64,000 nt of DNA from Balanoglossus misakiensis (GCA_040954595.2 CM082586.2:6186509-6250508), one strand, 5' to 3'. Positions 27,401 to 40,967 are shown, counted from the stretch's first letter. Program-made: numbers and translations. The notes: generated from the sequence alone by a model not told the origin.

Positions 27401-30400
27401 AAATCTTACTGACCTCGAATGTTATCTGGATTCATTCGTCTAAGGGTGGTGACTTTGAATATTATTGGCAAATGCAACTCCTGAGTGTTCCTGGTAAATA
27501 GTTCATTTACGTACTTTTGTCTTGTGTACTTGATTGTCTGGATAACCCTCGTTAATTTGCAATGGATAGACATTGTAACAACCTACATGAAACATTACGC
27601 AAATTTAGCTTCATAGTGGACATTTATTGCGACAACCAAAAACATTTGATACTTTCATAATAATTTATTACTGTGTTTTGCCGTACTGTACACGTTACAA
27701 AAAATGAAATATGGTGATTATTTTCCGTTGTTTCCTTCATATTTGAATTAAACTTCTCATTGTTTTCTTAAATATTTCAGCTCCTACTCTGCCAGAAGCG
27801 GGAGAACTATGCACTTTTGATGAGCCATATATTTGTGGATACACACAAGACACTGACGACACCGGAGACTGGATCAGAGCGCAATCGGGGAGATATGGTT
27901 TGCTTGGTTACTTACCCGACCACACAAGTAGCAGGGGTTTGTACACCTTGAACTATCTAATGTTATCATTCACTACCCATTTAATGGCTATAAGGTTCAA
28001 TACAGATGAGGTTGATATTAGCCGAAAAGGGACACATTCTTTTCTTCAGTTTGGGTTACCTTTGACATAATTTAACATGCCGATACCATGGCAAATTGTG
28101 ATGATATGATCAAACTTTATTGACAAGTTTCTGATATATTTACGAGTTAAAAAAAATCTTATTTCATTTCTACTTTAGGTCACTTTATGGGCGCAATTGC
28201 TCCCTTGACATACGACTCATATGTAACAAAGAGATTGCTATCACCAACACAGCCCAAATCAAGAGAGGAATCGTGTTTAGAGTTTTGGTACGAAGTGGGT
28301 GCTCATTCATCTTTGTACGATAGCTTCTTCTCTCTTAACGTCTTCATAAAGACTGGTCATAGCAACGGCACTCTTCTCGTCCGTCGATCACCCAGCCAGG
28401 ACCGCTTCTGGAACTACGCCCAGATACCGTTCAAGGTCGACGAACCTTATCAAGTGATATTTGAGGGTGTTGGTTTGATTGATTATGCATATGCCGGAGT
28501 TGATGATGTCCGGATATCTGATTTACCGTGCGGGCCTCCACGTAAGTAGAGCGACGAAGTCCCCAGAATAGGCCACTTTCATGACCCCTTTGTGACCTTT
28601 ACATCCTGGCATTTTGTTGGTAAGGGTCAACAATTATGAGCTTAATCTCAGAAACAACCAACTATTATCACTATGTATGCACTCTCAGTCATCCAAGAAC
28701 AAAAATGTGAAGTTTGTTCCACACGTTGCTGGTAAGGCTGAATGATGTACAATGTTATACCAACGAAAGACCAGGATTTTTGGGGCACCCAAGGATCATG
28801 TAGGTAGCCTATTCTACATATAGTTTAGCATTGTGTCACTCAATGCGCATCATATGTTACCTGGGGTAAGAAACATTAAATGCATCATAAAAATTGCACA
28901 TCACCTTGTTCACACTGAAATCATCTTTTTGATTAAAATTAATTTTTAAGTCCCTGGTCCATTGTACTTATACCACAAGAAACTATTTCATCTTATTTCA
29001 GACTGTGGTGGTAACATCACTTTGGATGACTTTGAGGCACTGCAGCTGACATCCCCTAATTATCCAGACAATTATGATCCGAACGACAACTGCGTGTGGT
29101 ACATCAAGTCTACCCTCTCTGGTCATTACATTGTCAATTTCGAAACATTCTCCACCAACACTCATCATTATTTGGACATTGGAACTGGCAGGGATGCTCT
29201 TGATGTCCCATCCCGGGTGGTCCGAGGCTCTGGAAGTCAAACGCCCAACGACGTTCGATTACTTTCCAATGAGGCGTGGATAAATTGGATGACTGATATC
29301 GGCTCATCTAACTATGCTGGCTGGAACCTCACTATAAAACACATTCCATGTAGGTCCACCTATCAAGATTATAGTTGATAACTATAGCAATCCACCTTCC
29401 TTATTACTGTATGTGTACCTATCCATAACATGTGGTTTTCATCAATACAATTATATCCTATTGAATAGTAATGAGTCGCATGGTGTTTTGGACATGCATA
29501 CCAAGTATGTCGCCCATGGTTGCATCATGTTATTATGACAGAGAGGTTAATCCATTGACAGGACAGAGAAAACTGAAATTCATGGCAGAACACTGTGTCA
29601 ATGTCAATGGATATTTGTTTATTATGCCTTTTTGATGAGTAAATGTTAAATGTCTTAAGTCGAAAGAATTTGTGTCCTTTTTTTCCAGTGTGTCTGTTCA
29701 ATATAACGGTGCAGGCGAGCGAGACATTGGAAATTAGTTCCACAAATCACCCATCCAATTATGACAACCTGGAATACTGCACTTGGCTAGTGTCCACTGA
29801 GGAAGGGTATGCGATAAGCGTTCGATTTCTGAACTTCAGGACCGAGTGGCTCCACGACAACGTCAGCATTGGGCATGGCTTAGTGCCGTCTAACAACTCT
29901 CGTGTTATATTCCACTCCGGGTCGTCTGCTCCGGAAGACTGGGACTCCGGGACTAAAGATATCTGGATTGTGTTCGAGACTGATCACTCAAGAACGTACT
30001 CGGGATTCTCTCTGCAAGTCGCTTCTGTAAAATGTAAGTTGTTGGTGCATGATACACAGCCATGCTTTTTGTCTTTTTTAAATTTATAGTTGATATCATT
30101 GCCCATGCTTTATCATTTGGTGGTGCGACATCCGGACAAATGCATTTGTGTTCTTGTTTGATTACTATTTTACAGATTGCGAAAATATTGGAATACCAAT
30201 GTGCGAGCAATACATGCCGTATGGAGGCTATCTGTTCTACAGCCCACTTGGACTCACAAGGCAGCAAGCCGAAACAGAAATGGAAAAGACGAGACAAATG
30301 GAAGGCTGCCACCTACACGTGGATTTGTTCATGTGCTCAGTTCTCGCTCCTGAGTGCGGCGCAGACGGCTTCTACAGGCAACCTTGTAAGGAATTCTGTG

Positions 30401-33400
30401 AAGACGTCAAGCAGTCCTGCGGTCTGATATACGAACAAAATGGTTATGAATGGCCAACAAACTGTTCAATCCTCGAAGTTGAGTCAGACTCGCGCGATTG
30501 TGTTCGTAAGTAACATTTATGACACTAAAGTATATCACGTGACCTTTCCTCAACCAAGAGGAATATATCATTTTGGAATGAAGAATTACAATCACTTTTG
30601 CCCACAAAATTAACACCTTCAAGAATCAAATGTCAGTTCTGTTAATAATTTACATAATGGAATGGCATTCAGTTTCCAGTCTAAGGATAGCATACCACAC
30701 TAGACAAATAACATCCAACATTTTCTCCAATCACCAAATGTAGTGACTATGTTGGTAGATTTCATGAATGCTGTACAACACTTTTGACTATAATAATGAA
30801 TGATATCTATATTTCTCATGATTATTCATTTTTAGGAGTGACGGCTTGCCTTCGTGAACCATGCATTAATAACGGAACGTGCTTTCCACTAGCCTATGAC
30901 GATTATAAATGTAACTGTACTGCTGGCTACGTTGGCAAAAACTGTGAAATTGGTATGTTGGGATAATTAATGTTGTCTTATGAGCGTACATGAAAGTGAA
31001 ACAAAATTGCTTGAATGAGATAAAGTTATCCATGGAATTCAGTAGTCTCTTCTTTTGAGAAAAATGAGGGTACCATGTACTCTGCCTTTTCTACTGCCTA
31101 TGGCGGTGGTTGGTTGCCTACTCCATGCACGACAGTTTCCTTTGAAGATAGTGAGTGACACATGTCTAAGTCATAATTTGTGCATATTCGAGGCATGGTA
31201 TTTTTAGTTTGGTTATGCACAAGTAAAGAAGCATGTGTCATTTATAAACAGTGTGCAATTTCTAACATTTTATTAATGGACTGTAGGATTCCCCCTCTAT
31301 TCATTGATTAATTCAAGTTGTCTCGTCCTTTTTGCCACAGACTTTGACGAATGCAGCAGTACTCCTTGTCAGAACGGTGGCACATGTATCGACAGGGTGG
31401 ATGGATTCATATGCCGTTGTCCTATTGGCTTTTCTGGAGATTTATGCAGTACGTATTGAATATCCATGATACATGCATTGCAAATCTGGCCATCGGAGGT
31501 GCAATATTTGAGTGTAGGGTTTTGTATACAATAGACGCCACTCATATATGCACCTCGCCATGCATCACATGATACTGTATCAAAGGAGGTGGTCTTTTTT
31601 ACATACATGAACAGCAATTTTGCGACATATGTGTGCAGTGAGACAGTTACACATATTGTGTAGCCTAAAAGCTTACTATATGTACGGTATTTCATTGACA
31701 AATTTAGAAAAATTGTGTTGATTTTTCATTGACTAGTAAACAAACAAGCTACCATACTTCTGACAACTTATAAACATTTCTTTACTATTGCTAGATTGTG
31801 TTGATCTAAATATTGAAATTTGCCGAGATGTCCAGCTGAATTATGCAAGAATGCAGCGCTTTCAATCCTCCGGAACAAGCACACGTTCTCGTGACCTGAT
31901 GTCGGGCGCAACTAGGCAGGCTTCAGAGGGATGCTACGAGCACATCGGATACTTCATGTGCACTCTGTTTGCGCCCGAATGTAACGACGCTGGATACTAC
32001 AGACCACCTTGTGAAGATTTCTGCGATGCCGCCAGGAGCGAATGCGAACCAAGGTTCCAAGCCGGAGGCATCGATTGGATTATTGACTGCAGCTTACTGC
32101 CAGATAGCAACGACTCCAGCGTATGCACCTTAGATCCAGATGTCACAGGAGGTATGTGTAATGTATTGCTACAGTGTATATTATTGTGGGGGGACACAGG
32201 ACATGTGTGTACAAACTAGACAGCCATGCTTCTTTATTGCTATGTGCATATGCTCACTAGCTCAGCCTCGTACACAGCAACTTTACATAGCAGTACCAAT
32301 ACCTAACAGTATGGAGTGCTCTAAATCACCCATTGCAAATCTGGACTCCCAAAGTGAGGCATTCGAGCTATGTGGTTAAAATATTATTTCTTGGATGTTC
32401 ACTTCAAAAGTTTCCATGTATTTTAACAAAGTTGTCGAAACCCTAAGTGATTACAACAAAGCCTCAAGTTTCTACCAATCACAGTCCTTGTACCATTCAA
32501 TGAGCTAACAAAAACAATATTTGAGGATAGAAAACCACCCAAAGTTCACCCTGTCTTCCCCTTGGGTCTTTGTTGCACCTTTGACACAGCATATCCCTGT
32601 CACTCACTTTCACAGGCAGTGGACTGTGTGGAACACGGATTTATGGATCCAATCGTATCGTCAACGGTTACGATTCTGAACTAGGTGCTTGGCCGTGGCA
32701 GATTTCTCTCTTACTCGACAACAGACACAACTGTGGAGGCACTGTAATCTATCCTAACTGGATACTGACGGCAGCCCACTGTGTGAAGGAGTATGGGTAT
32801 GTCTGATTTTTTCTTACTCAACTTTCAAATGTTCCTTTCAAACCCCTTTCAGGTTAGTGAAGTTTGTGGAGACATTTTTGTTTCAACTACACTGACAGTT
32901 ACCATTTCTTTCGAACAGAGATGGGTGTTGTTGTGGACCTGAAGATCTGTTGAACAGAAATAAATTTCATGTCGGTGTGTAATTGAATTTTAATCTCTCT
33001 CCTCTCGAAAAACAGGTCAATATATTCCACAGACCGACTAAACATCAAAGTTGGGTTCGTGTCTCACCAGCAAGGCTCGGACCACCTTCAAACGCGGGCT
33101 GTGGATAGCATCTTCGTGCACCCGTCGTATGGAGATTACATAGATGGAGGGGATGCCGCCCTACTGTACTTTGATACACCACTTGAATACAATGATTACA
33201 TCAGACCAGCCTGTCTCCCTGCAGCTGATGATGACAACTTTTTCGGGGACGGAGACATGTGCTCTATAAGTGGCTGGGGACGACTGTCTGAATATGGTAA
33301 TTATAATGCTATTAGTTAACTCCAACGTGCTATGATTGACAAACAGAATACAGCAATTGCATTCAAGATATTCTCTCTGGAAATTTTTGTCTTGCATAGA

Positions 33401-35018
33401 GGGTTTACATTACAATGTTTTCACACGAGGGAAAGCCGGTTTAGTATTTATATTCATAATAACTGTCATTTTGAGCGTAATTAATGTCACTACATAATGT
33501 AAACAAAGCTTCTTTAAGGCATTCTTTGCCCTAGATAAAATAACAAAATTTATTATAGTTGATAAACTATGGCAATTATAAAATGCAACATAAAAATGCT
33601 ATCAAGAAAATGAATTAAACTGCTTGTATTGAGTCTAAGACCAGCAAAAAATCACTGTGTTCTAACAAGAACATAAAACTAAGTGATGAAGAGGTACACT
33701 TAAGAAGTCGATTTAATTCATATTATTGCTATCCATGCAGGGTCCTCACCAGACCATCTTCAGGAAGCAGAGGTAGTCTTGGTAAATCAACTGGAATGTA
33801 GTTCTGCTCACGGAACGACTGTGGCCGACTCTAATATATGCGCCGGAATACACAACCAGGACGTCGGAGTCTGCTATGTAAGAATTTACTTGAATTATAG
33901 TGCTGTACATCTGTGTAAATGCATGTCCTTTAGATATTCTGTTTTGATATCAAGATTTTTGCTTAAAACTCCTCTTAGCAATTTGTAAGATAATTTGGCT
34001 AACATGAGGCAAGATAAGACCCAACTTTAGGTCATGATGAAATGCTGCAATTCTGAAATGGTATTTTTCAGAAATAGCTACCAGCCATGTCTGGTTATTT
34101 GGGGTTAAACGATGACAATGATATGCATAGTACATGTCCTGTTCAAATGACAGTACAGTCCTTGATGCATGTTTTCCAGGGAAATAATCCTTTATAAACA
34201 CTGTTATTGATTTACTGTGATGGACACCCCAGTAATTTCTTTTAATGAAGAGATTCATACTGTTGTAAGCATTTTGTAATGTGTCGACTTGTGTGTGTGT
34301 TAAGTGGCTATGGCAAATTCTGAGCTTTTATGATCCTGTGATGTAGAGTCCCAACTGTGATGTTTTGTACATTTTATGTTTTGAACAGGGGGACAGTGGT
34401 GGACCACTTGTTTGCCCGAAGGCCAATGGTAGGTGGTATTTGGCAGGCGTTACCAGTTACAAGCGAGGAAGCTGTGGATCCCAGAGATACCCAGATGTGT
34501 TCACTCGCGTGACATCCATCATTACCTGGATAGAGGAAACTATCTCGCAAGGTACTTATCTCATTAGCTGCGTGAATATTGTTAAAATGGGAGATTTTCA
34601 TTAAACCAGGAAAATTCCCCAGAACCAGCCATGCCAAAAGGTCAATCGCTGGGTGCATGCGCTTACATTCCTCTCAAGAGGGCGCCGTCAATGACCTTTG
34701 ACCTTTCAGACCACGTCTCTGAAAAGCCGAAGGTCATTGACGGTGCCCTCTGGAGAGGCAAGCCCTTACACTAGTTCATTACAGACACAAAACATGCCCC
34801 TGGGAAATAAACCCATATATTATTACAACCACTTGTAAAAAATACTCCCAGATGTGCATTTTCATTGCAATCCAAGACGTTACTGTTTCCCATTTTTGAT
34901 GATTATACACTTCAATTACCATTGCTTTTATCATTTTATATCTGACTGTATCTTATTTTCATTGGCAGAGAGCAGACAACCTGAAATGAATGGGAAGAAG
35001 GACCCTGACAATGAATAA
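19885..35018 (+). CDS. Gene A: type II transmembrane mosaic serine protease, 27 coding exons, about 2,240 aa
   Basis: Exons: 19885-20179, 20851-21417, 21664-21816, 22036-22389, 22625-22975, 23134-23244, 23627-23779, 23909-24259, 24609-24956, 25213-25323, 25657-25818, 26110-26475, 26626-26739, 27131-27493, 27781-27936, 28179-28541, 29002-29349, 29689-30033, 30176-30505, 30836-30952, 31341-31448, 31795-32151, 32616-32790, 33016-33296, 33741-33877, 34389-34551, 34969-35018. All GT-AG with consistent phases (6729 nt); in-frame stop upstream of the ATG. Confidence 0.88.
21664..23244 (+). CDS. Gene A MAM1-Ig1-EGF1 module (4 exons)
   Basis: CDFE..DFDWTR..GPDYDHT / [25 protein letters not shown]; [20 protein letters not shown]; CQNGGVC..CNC..SGYAC. 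Confidence 0.9.
23627..25323 (+). CDS. Gene A MAM2-Ig2-EGF2 module (4 exons)
   Basis: Same motifs and near-identical exon sizes as module 1. Confidence 0.9.
25396..25457. repeat. (TATTA)n microsatellite
   Basis: Direct read. Confidence 0.95.
25657..30033 (+). CDS. Gene A MAM3-LDLa-CUB(divergent)-MAM4-CUB-CUB (8 exons)
   Basis: [25 protein letters not shown]; [13 protein letters not shown]; CGGEL..CYWFI; [22 protein letters not shown]; [14 protein letters not shown]; [17 protein letters not shown]. Confidence 0.88.
28565..28815. mobile_element. MITE-like element with ~26-bp imperfect terminal inverted repeats, intronic
   Basis: agaataggccactttcatgaccc ... ggatcatgtaggtagcctattct. Confidence 0.55.
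30176..32151 (+). CDS. Gene A Frizzled CRD-EGF-cbEGF-Frizzled CRD (4 exons)
   Basis: [27 protein letters not shown]; [12 protein letters not shown]; [18 protein letters not shown]; [16 protein letters not shown]. Confidence 0.9.
32616..35018 (+). CDS. Gene A S1A protease domain plus short terminal exon
   Basis: CG..R|IVNG, WPWQ, TAAHC, GDAALL, GVCYGDSGGP; last exon [16 protein letters not shown] (an unspliced alternative stop lies at 34604). Confidence 0.9.
34670..34758. repeat. 89-nt fold-back (41-bp arms, 7-nt loop)
   Basis: 36 of 41 positions complementary, plus 2 G-U pairs on the plus strand. Confidence 0.85.
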
Positions 35019-36189
35019 TTTGCACGTGGAACAAATGGACACTAATATTTGCTTTGTTCAGATTACTAAAAGTGCTTCCCCTTCCCTTTCCATAAGTATT
35101 CAGAGGAAGCTCTTATCATATCCAAGATAAAACCTTTATAAAGTTGGTGTCGGTGAATAAGACTTGTTTTTAACAAGGAAAATATATAAAGTTGCAAGTA
35201 AATGAAGGATGTAACCCCACTCATATCCAAGACTAGCAAAGTACCTTGCCTTTGCTTCGACAACAGATCGGTTTTTGATTAACTCTGATTTCTGCTGCCA
35301 TCAAATCATTATGAAGAAAGTTGCTACAGGTTGAACCATATGACCATATGGCCTATAATCTGTCTTTGTGCTGAGAAACCTTGAAGGGATTTGAAACAGT
35401 GCTGTGCATGTGACAGATGGTAGCACACTAATAGTGCAACTCACACAACCAAAGGTGGTCTAAACTAGAAATATGATGCTCGACTGTGTTGCATATACAG
35501 AGCTGATTGCCTTACTAATGATGTAAAGCATATGCCTACAGTGGAAAATGTCTTCCAATCAAGCTGAAAATGTATGTATGTATGTATGTTTATGTACATG
35601 CAGGCAGGCAGGCATGTGTGCAAGCCTGACCATATTATTGACTGAATAGGAAAATAATTATCCATATTCTGGGTAAAAGATTATAAAGGCTAACACCGTT
35701 ATGTATATCAGTTTTTGATATTTGAAATACTCCAGTGTAATGACTTTTTGTCACATTTTTTAATCCTCTGCCAACAGCACTGACAAGACAGCATTGTTTA
35801 TAATATACATTTTTACTAACTTATACACATTAATTTGTGTCATATTTATACCAAGACTGCCGGGATTTTACATTTTTGTTGATGACCACACATGTAATCA
35901 CTTATTCATGTCTACATATTCATTATAACAATTTATAAAGTATTCTGATAGTCAAGATTGCATGTATACAAATCCAGAGAGGGTTATGTTTTGTAACTTA
36001 AACTTTGGATTTGCTGGAGAAAACCAAGAACCCAGTAAATGCATTTTCCATAGACGTCGTCTGAGTTTCTGAGTATGTCATAGCATTGCAGGGCTTGTTG
36101 GGTGTCGTTCATGGTTTAATGATGCAATTTATGATTTTAAGGACCACTCATGTGGAATTTAATGGTATGGAAACAGGAAACAATCGCAT

Positions 36190-38306
36190 CAAGGACACTG
36201 TGGTCCCATATAGGGATTACACAAGAAAAAGTCTACACCGGAGTACATATACAGACACACACACAGAGATAAACACTGACTGACCCATAAGCTGCCAATG
36301 ACATGTGTACTGTACATACACCAAATAGAACAGCTGGTCTCTTAAACAGTTAGCCAGTTATGTAAACATGCAGGAATTTGCTGTGTGTATAAATCTCAGT
36401 AGGGGTTCTCCCTAATTACAAAGAACTATGTAGCAATAATTTCTCTTCTTGAGATAAAGGTTGTTTGTGGTACAAGACAAAATATCCTACAAAATATAAA
36501 AATTCTGAATTACCTATGATTTGATTTCATTATAATTCTAAAGAAGCCCATCCCAATAACCTACAACTAAAATTTTCAAGTAATCGGCCATATAATTTCT
36601 GAGATATATTTTTAATCAAAATTAGAAAATATGCCACCAAAATACAAGATATTGCCCCCCCCCCCAAAAAAAAAAAAAATAGCGTCAAGGACACTGTGGT
36701 CCCATTTGAGGACATAGCTCATAGCAACATAGCAATAAGCATATCTACTCTGGATGCCAAGATATGGAAAAGTAGGTCAAAGGTCACCTGAGGTCATGCA
36801 AAATTTGGGTAAGAAATTTTGACCCTATACTGGTCCATGCTCAACAAAAACCAAACCTATAGCCCTATTGGTTAGCCTGGAATTAGGTATGCACATAATT
36901 AATGAGATATGCAGGTGTCACAGGTGACCGATATTTTGGCTTTTCAATTTTAGTCCCAACTCTCCAAACGCCAAGTCTGTACCTGCTCTGGATGCCGAGA
37001 TATAGGAAAGTAGGTCAAAGGTCACCTGAGGTCACCCAAAATTTGGGCAAGAAATTTTGACCCTATACTGGTCCATGTCCCACAAGAACGAAACCTCTAG
37101 CCCTATTAGTTAGCCCGGAATTAGGTATGCACATAATTAATGTGTTAAGCAGGTGTTACAGGTGAGCCCAAAAATTTGCCTTTTATTTTGGCCCCATTGT
37201 GCTCACTGACCAATAGACAGTCACTGTACAGGACTATTGCACAGACCAGAATTCCACAATAAGACGTGGACATAGCTTAACCATAGAGGTATAAGTAAAG
37301 GTATAAATTTAATAAAAAGACTAAAAAATTCATAAAAAATAAAACATCCATGATATTAACTTAACACTTACAGGTCGATGTGAGGTTGACATAAGGTACA
37401 TGCATACCAATTTTCAAAGCAATCTGACCAGTAGTTGTTGACTTTCAGAGTTTTGATAAATTTCACATTTTACTGGCTAATTTGCATATTTTTGGGCCTG
37501 GCAACTTCGTTTGGACAAACTCCCATCTACAGCCCAGCCTGCATCTGCACACCAAATATCAAGGTGTTACGCGCAGCGGTTTTCAAGTTTTTGATGTGGA
37601 CGGACATACAGACATACATACATCCATACATACATCCATACAGACGCAACCCATCCCATAAGGTCCCATGGTATATAGGCCTATACCAATGGGACCTAAA
37701 AATCATTGACACTTTTCATTACAGATTTTGTATTGCAATCACTATTAGAACATACCCAGGAACATTCAAATCGAATATCAAAGCAAAGCAATGGGGTGGA
37801 TGGTTTTGACCAAATATGGCAAAAATTAGCCCAAAAATATACTATTGAATTCTTCACCTTGATTTGAAAAAAAAGAAACCACCTCTGCACACCCTCAAAC
37901 GATTTTTTTTTTAAGAATTAGGAAAGTTATTTTGGAAAGAAGATTTTATACTAAAAATGGGGAAATGACAAAAAAATAACCAAAATTAACCATTTTCTGA
38001 TATTACCACAAAATGAAAATATCTATATTAGGTCTCAATAAAGTAAATAGACACCAATTTGCAAAGCAATCTGACCAGTAGTTTTTCAATTACTGAATTT
38101 TGACCAAATTCACATTTTCCCAGCTAATTAATATTTTTGGCAATGACAACTTCATTTGAACAAACTCCTATTTACAGCCCAGCATGCATCTGCACACCAA
38201 ATTTTGCTGTGGACGGACATACAGTACACACATACATGCATACAGACAGACGCAACCAATCCCATAACGTCCCATGATACATTATAAACCGAATGGGACC
38301 TAAAAA
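36190..38306. mobile_element. Cluster of non-autonomous repeats with internal duplications (Helentron/HINE-like)
   Basis: caaggacactgtggtcccat at ~36191 and ~36685; 238-bp tandem unit (36748/36986); two copies (~37405-37702, ~38050-38306) ending in (CATA)n-cagacgcaacc then a gtcccat...atgggac hairpin and ctaaaaa. Confidence 0.55.
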
Positions 38307-38309
38307 TCG

Positions 38310-38945
38310 GTCTGTCGACAGAGATCAGATCGAACGACGAATGCTAAAATGAGCATTATAGCTCTCAAATCACAGCAAACGGAAGGGGATACAAAAGCCC
38401 AAGGTGAACGTGTTGCGCTGACCTGCGTTAACAGATCCCGTGAGGAGTACGGTGCCCAGAGCTCAACAGTAACACCCTAAACTCTTGTGGCCTCTTTTTG
38501 AATACAGCGATTCTCAACAAACAACATTCATCGGCTAAAACTAACAACTGCAGTCCTTAACGAATATTCGAGATGAACCAAAGTTGCCCCAGCAATCCCG
38601 CAGATGCCACGAATTTGACGGGCATTGGCGGTCCGCCGCTGAAATCTGGTAGGGCGTACGCGGGACCCTAACTGGCCTCTCACAAACAGCACTGTCTCTA
38701 ACCATGGCGGTAGCTCTATGCTCTAACAGGGCGGTCGGAACTCGCCGGAAAGCACACGTCTCGACAAAAGTATCGGCCCCTCACCAAACTACTAAGGTAA
38801 ACACGACATAGATCTCGCAAACGGTGACCCGGGGCTGGTTATCCGGTAGGAAAAAGGTGGACTAAATAAGGAAAAGATACACAGAGCCGAGACACAAATG
38901 AGACATGATGTTGTTTCTTCCACAGCTCCACGCCAATTCTCCCCA
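38310..38945 (-). mobile_element. Possible decayed 5' end / ORF1 of a non-LTR retrotransposon
   Basis: GC-richer block starting ggggagaattggcg on minus, with broken coding-like fragments (ATLVHLEYSLRTAVVSFS, GVTVELWAP); weak resemblance only. Confidence 0.2.
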
Positions 38946-38970
38946 AAAGCACATGGCACGCAGACATGCT

Positions 38971-39115
38971 AATCACGTGACCCAGAACGCGCTCCCGATT
39001 GGTCTGCAACAGATTATCAGGCCATGATCACTCGCGAAGGGCGTGATAGGGAAACTTCTCATCCGTTGCCAGGCATTCAACTTACAAGTCAACCCAATAA
39101 GGTCACCATAGCAAC
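38971..39115. promoter_or_regulatory. Promoter-like motif cluster (E-box, CCAAT, RFX X-box)
   Basis: TCACGTGA 38973, ATTGG 38998, TCGCGA 39032, GTTGCCAGGC 39065, CCAAT 39094, GTCACCATAGCAAC 39102. Confidence 0.35.
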
Positions 39116-40967
39116 ACCACCACGCGAGTGAAGCCATACAAAAAATCGTGCCAAATTAAAACACATGGAACTAGCAATCGCACAATAATACATATAACAA
39201 ACTTTAGTCAAACTCAAAATAATGACTTGGCCAATTGATTTTCTAAATTTAAAGACGTACAACAACGTATTCTGCGTTTGATATTACGTATACAAAAGAA
39301 ATCCATTACACCAAAAGCTTCCAATTTAAATTAAATTATAGAATCTTATTTTACATTCATTCCAAGTATGTGTGCTTAATTATTTCATTATTTCCAAGAA
39401 AAGATACATTCGAACATCTACTCCAGGAAAGATGTTTTTCAGTGATCAGTATGTCATTATTTCGCCATTTCTCACTGTACTCAGTGTTATTGTAGCAAGG
39501 ATTGGTCTGCGAAATATATGAAACAATTTCATTACCCAACATTTGACATCTGCATTCACGTGGGTAGACACCAAATATAGTACACACGACACTATCCATC
39601 TTATCGACCCTGATAAAAACTTTTATTAGCAAAATTTTGTAGAAACATACATGTATCAGTCTTGTCGAGAAAGTCGACAGAAACAGTTTGATTACAAGAT
39701 AAAGATAAGTTGTATACCCAGGGAAAACAAACGAATTGACAAATTTAAGTTTTGTTAAAATTCACTTTTCTTGTATACATCTTGAGTGTTAAATATTAGT
39801 ATAAATAGATATAAATATTAATGGAAGACAGAATCCAGCGGACAACTCATTCGCGAACAATGCCTTGATAGGAAGCATCGGTAGATATGTTCACCAATTA
39901 ATGTGAAATGTTTCCTGAGATAAAGATCATGTGAATGACAAGACAGCGAGAATTGTATCTTCACAGTTCAGTAAACCGGGGCGCTTCTAAGCGTCGACGT
40001 TCCCGCTCACAATACTGAACGGTAAAAGACAGCTGAAGAGTACAATGTGTTGACAATCACAATTTACACCAATTAAAACTATGTATACAAACTAGATATC
40101 ATGTTCTGTCTTAAGAAATATAAATCCTTCATAAACAAATGTAAATATCGAATGCGTCTAGAATAAATATGTACAACCTAAACATTCAGTACTCTTGATT
40201 ATATATATGATTTGTTTATCAAACGAAGGCAGAGACTAATCAGCCTGTGGGGGCGTACAAACAGAACCACAATTTGATTTTTCAACTACATGTAGTACCT
40301 GTAAGGCTATACCCCGCCGAAGGGGTCATTGTTATTTTAAAACATCACAACACAAATAAAAGAGCAGTAATGCGTCTAACGCACTGCCTATAGTATTGCT
40401 GGCTAATATTTATCATTTGTTCTGTGTGAACTAATATAGGAACGTCAACAACCCTCCTGGATAATGGATAAAGACACTAACGCTGTCTTACTTTTCAAAG
40501 TTATACATATAAAAAATCTTGAAATCTTAAAGATTTTAAAAAAATCCATGTTTACATAATTTTGACGTTATTGCAAAGAGAAACACAACGTTATTTCAGT
40601 TGCATAATTTGCATCTGCATGAAGAAGTGTTTTCTCAGGTAAACGAAACGTTCTAAAGGTACACACTCCATTTATAGAATTCTGTTTAAGAGCCTTCCGA
40701 CTCTTGATTGTCGTTTAACGCACTCCAAGAAAAGAACATAAAATGATATGCGTTGCCACTTCATGAAACCCACGTGACTAAGTCACTGAATATAGCAATC
40801 TTGTCATTAAAATGATGGCAACCGCATTTTCGACTGAGAAACGTTTAAAATACACAGTCGGTATGAAAATGAGATGAATGCGCTTTTAAAGCACCAGAAT
40901 AAATATTCATGACTTCTTTGAATGCTATATAAGTTATATTGCTTACATCTAAGTACAGGATTAATCT

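Noticed and set aside
19885-35018. Naming gene A corin, enteropeptidase or MALRD1
   Set aside because: It shares modules with each but the overall architecture matches none; no symbol assigned.
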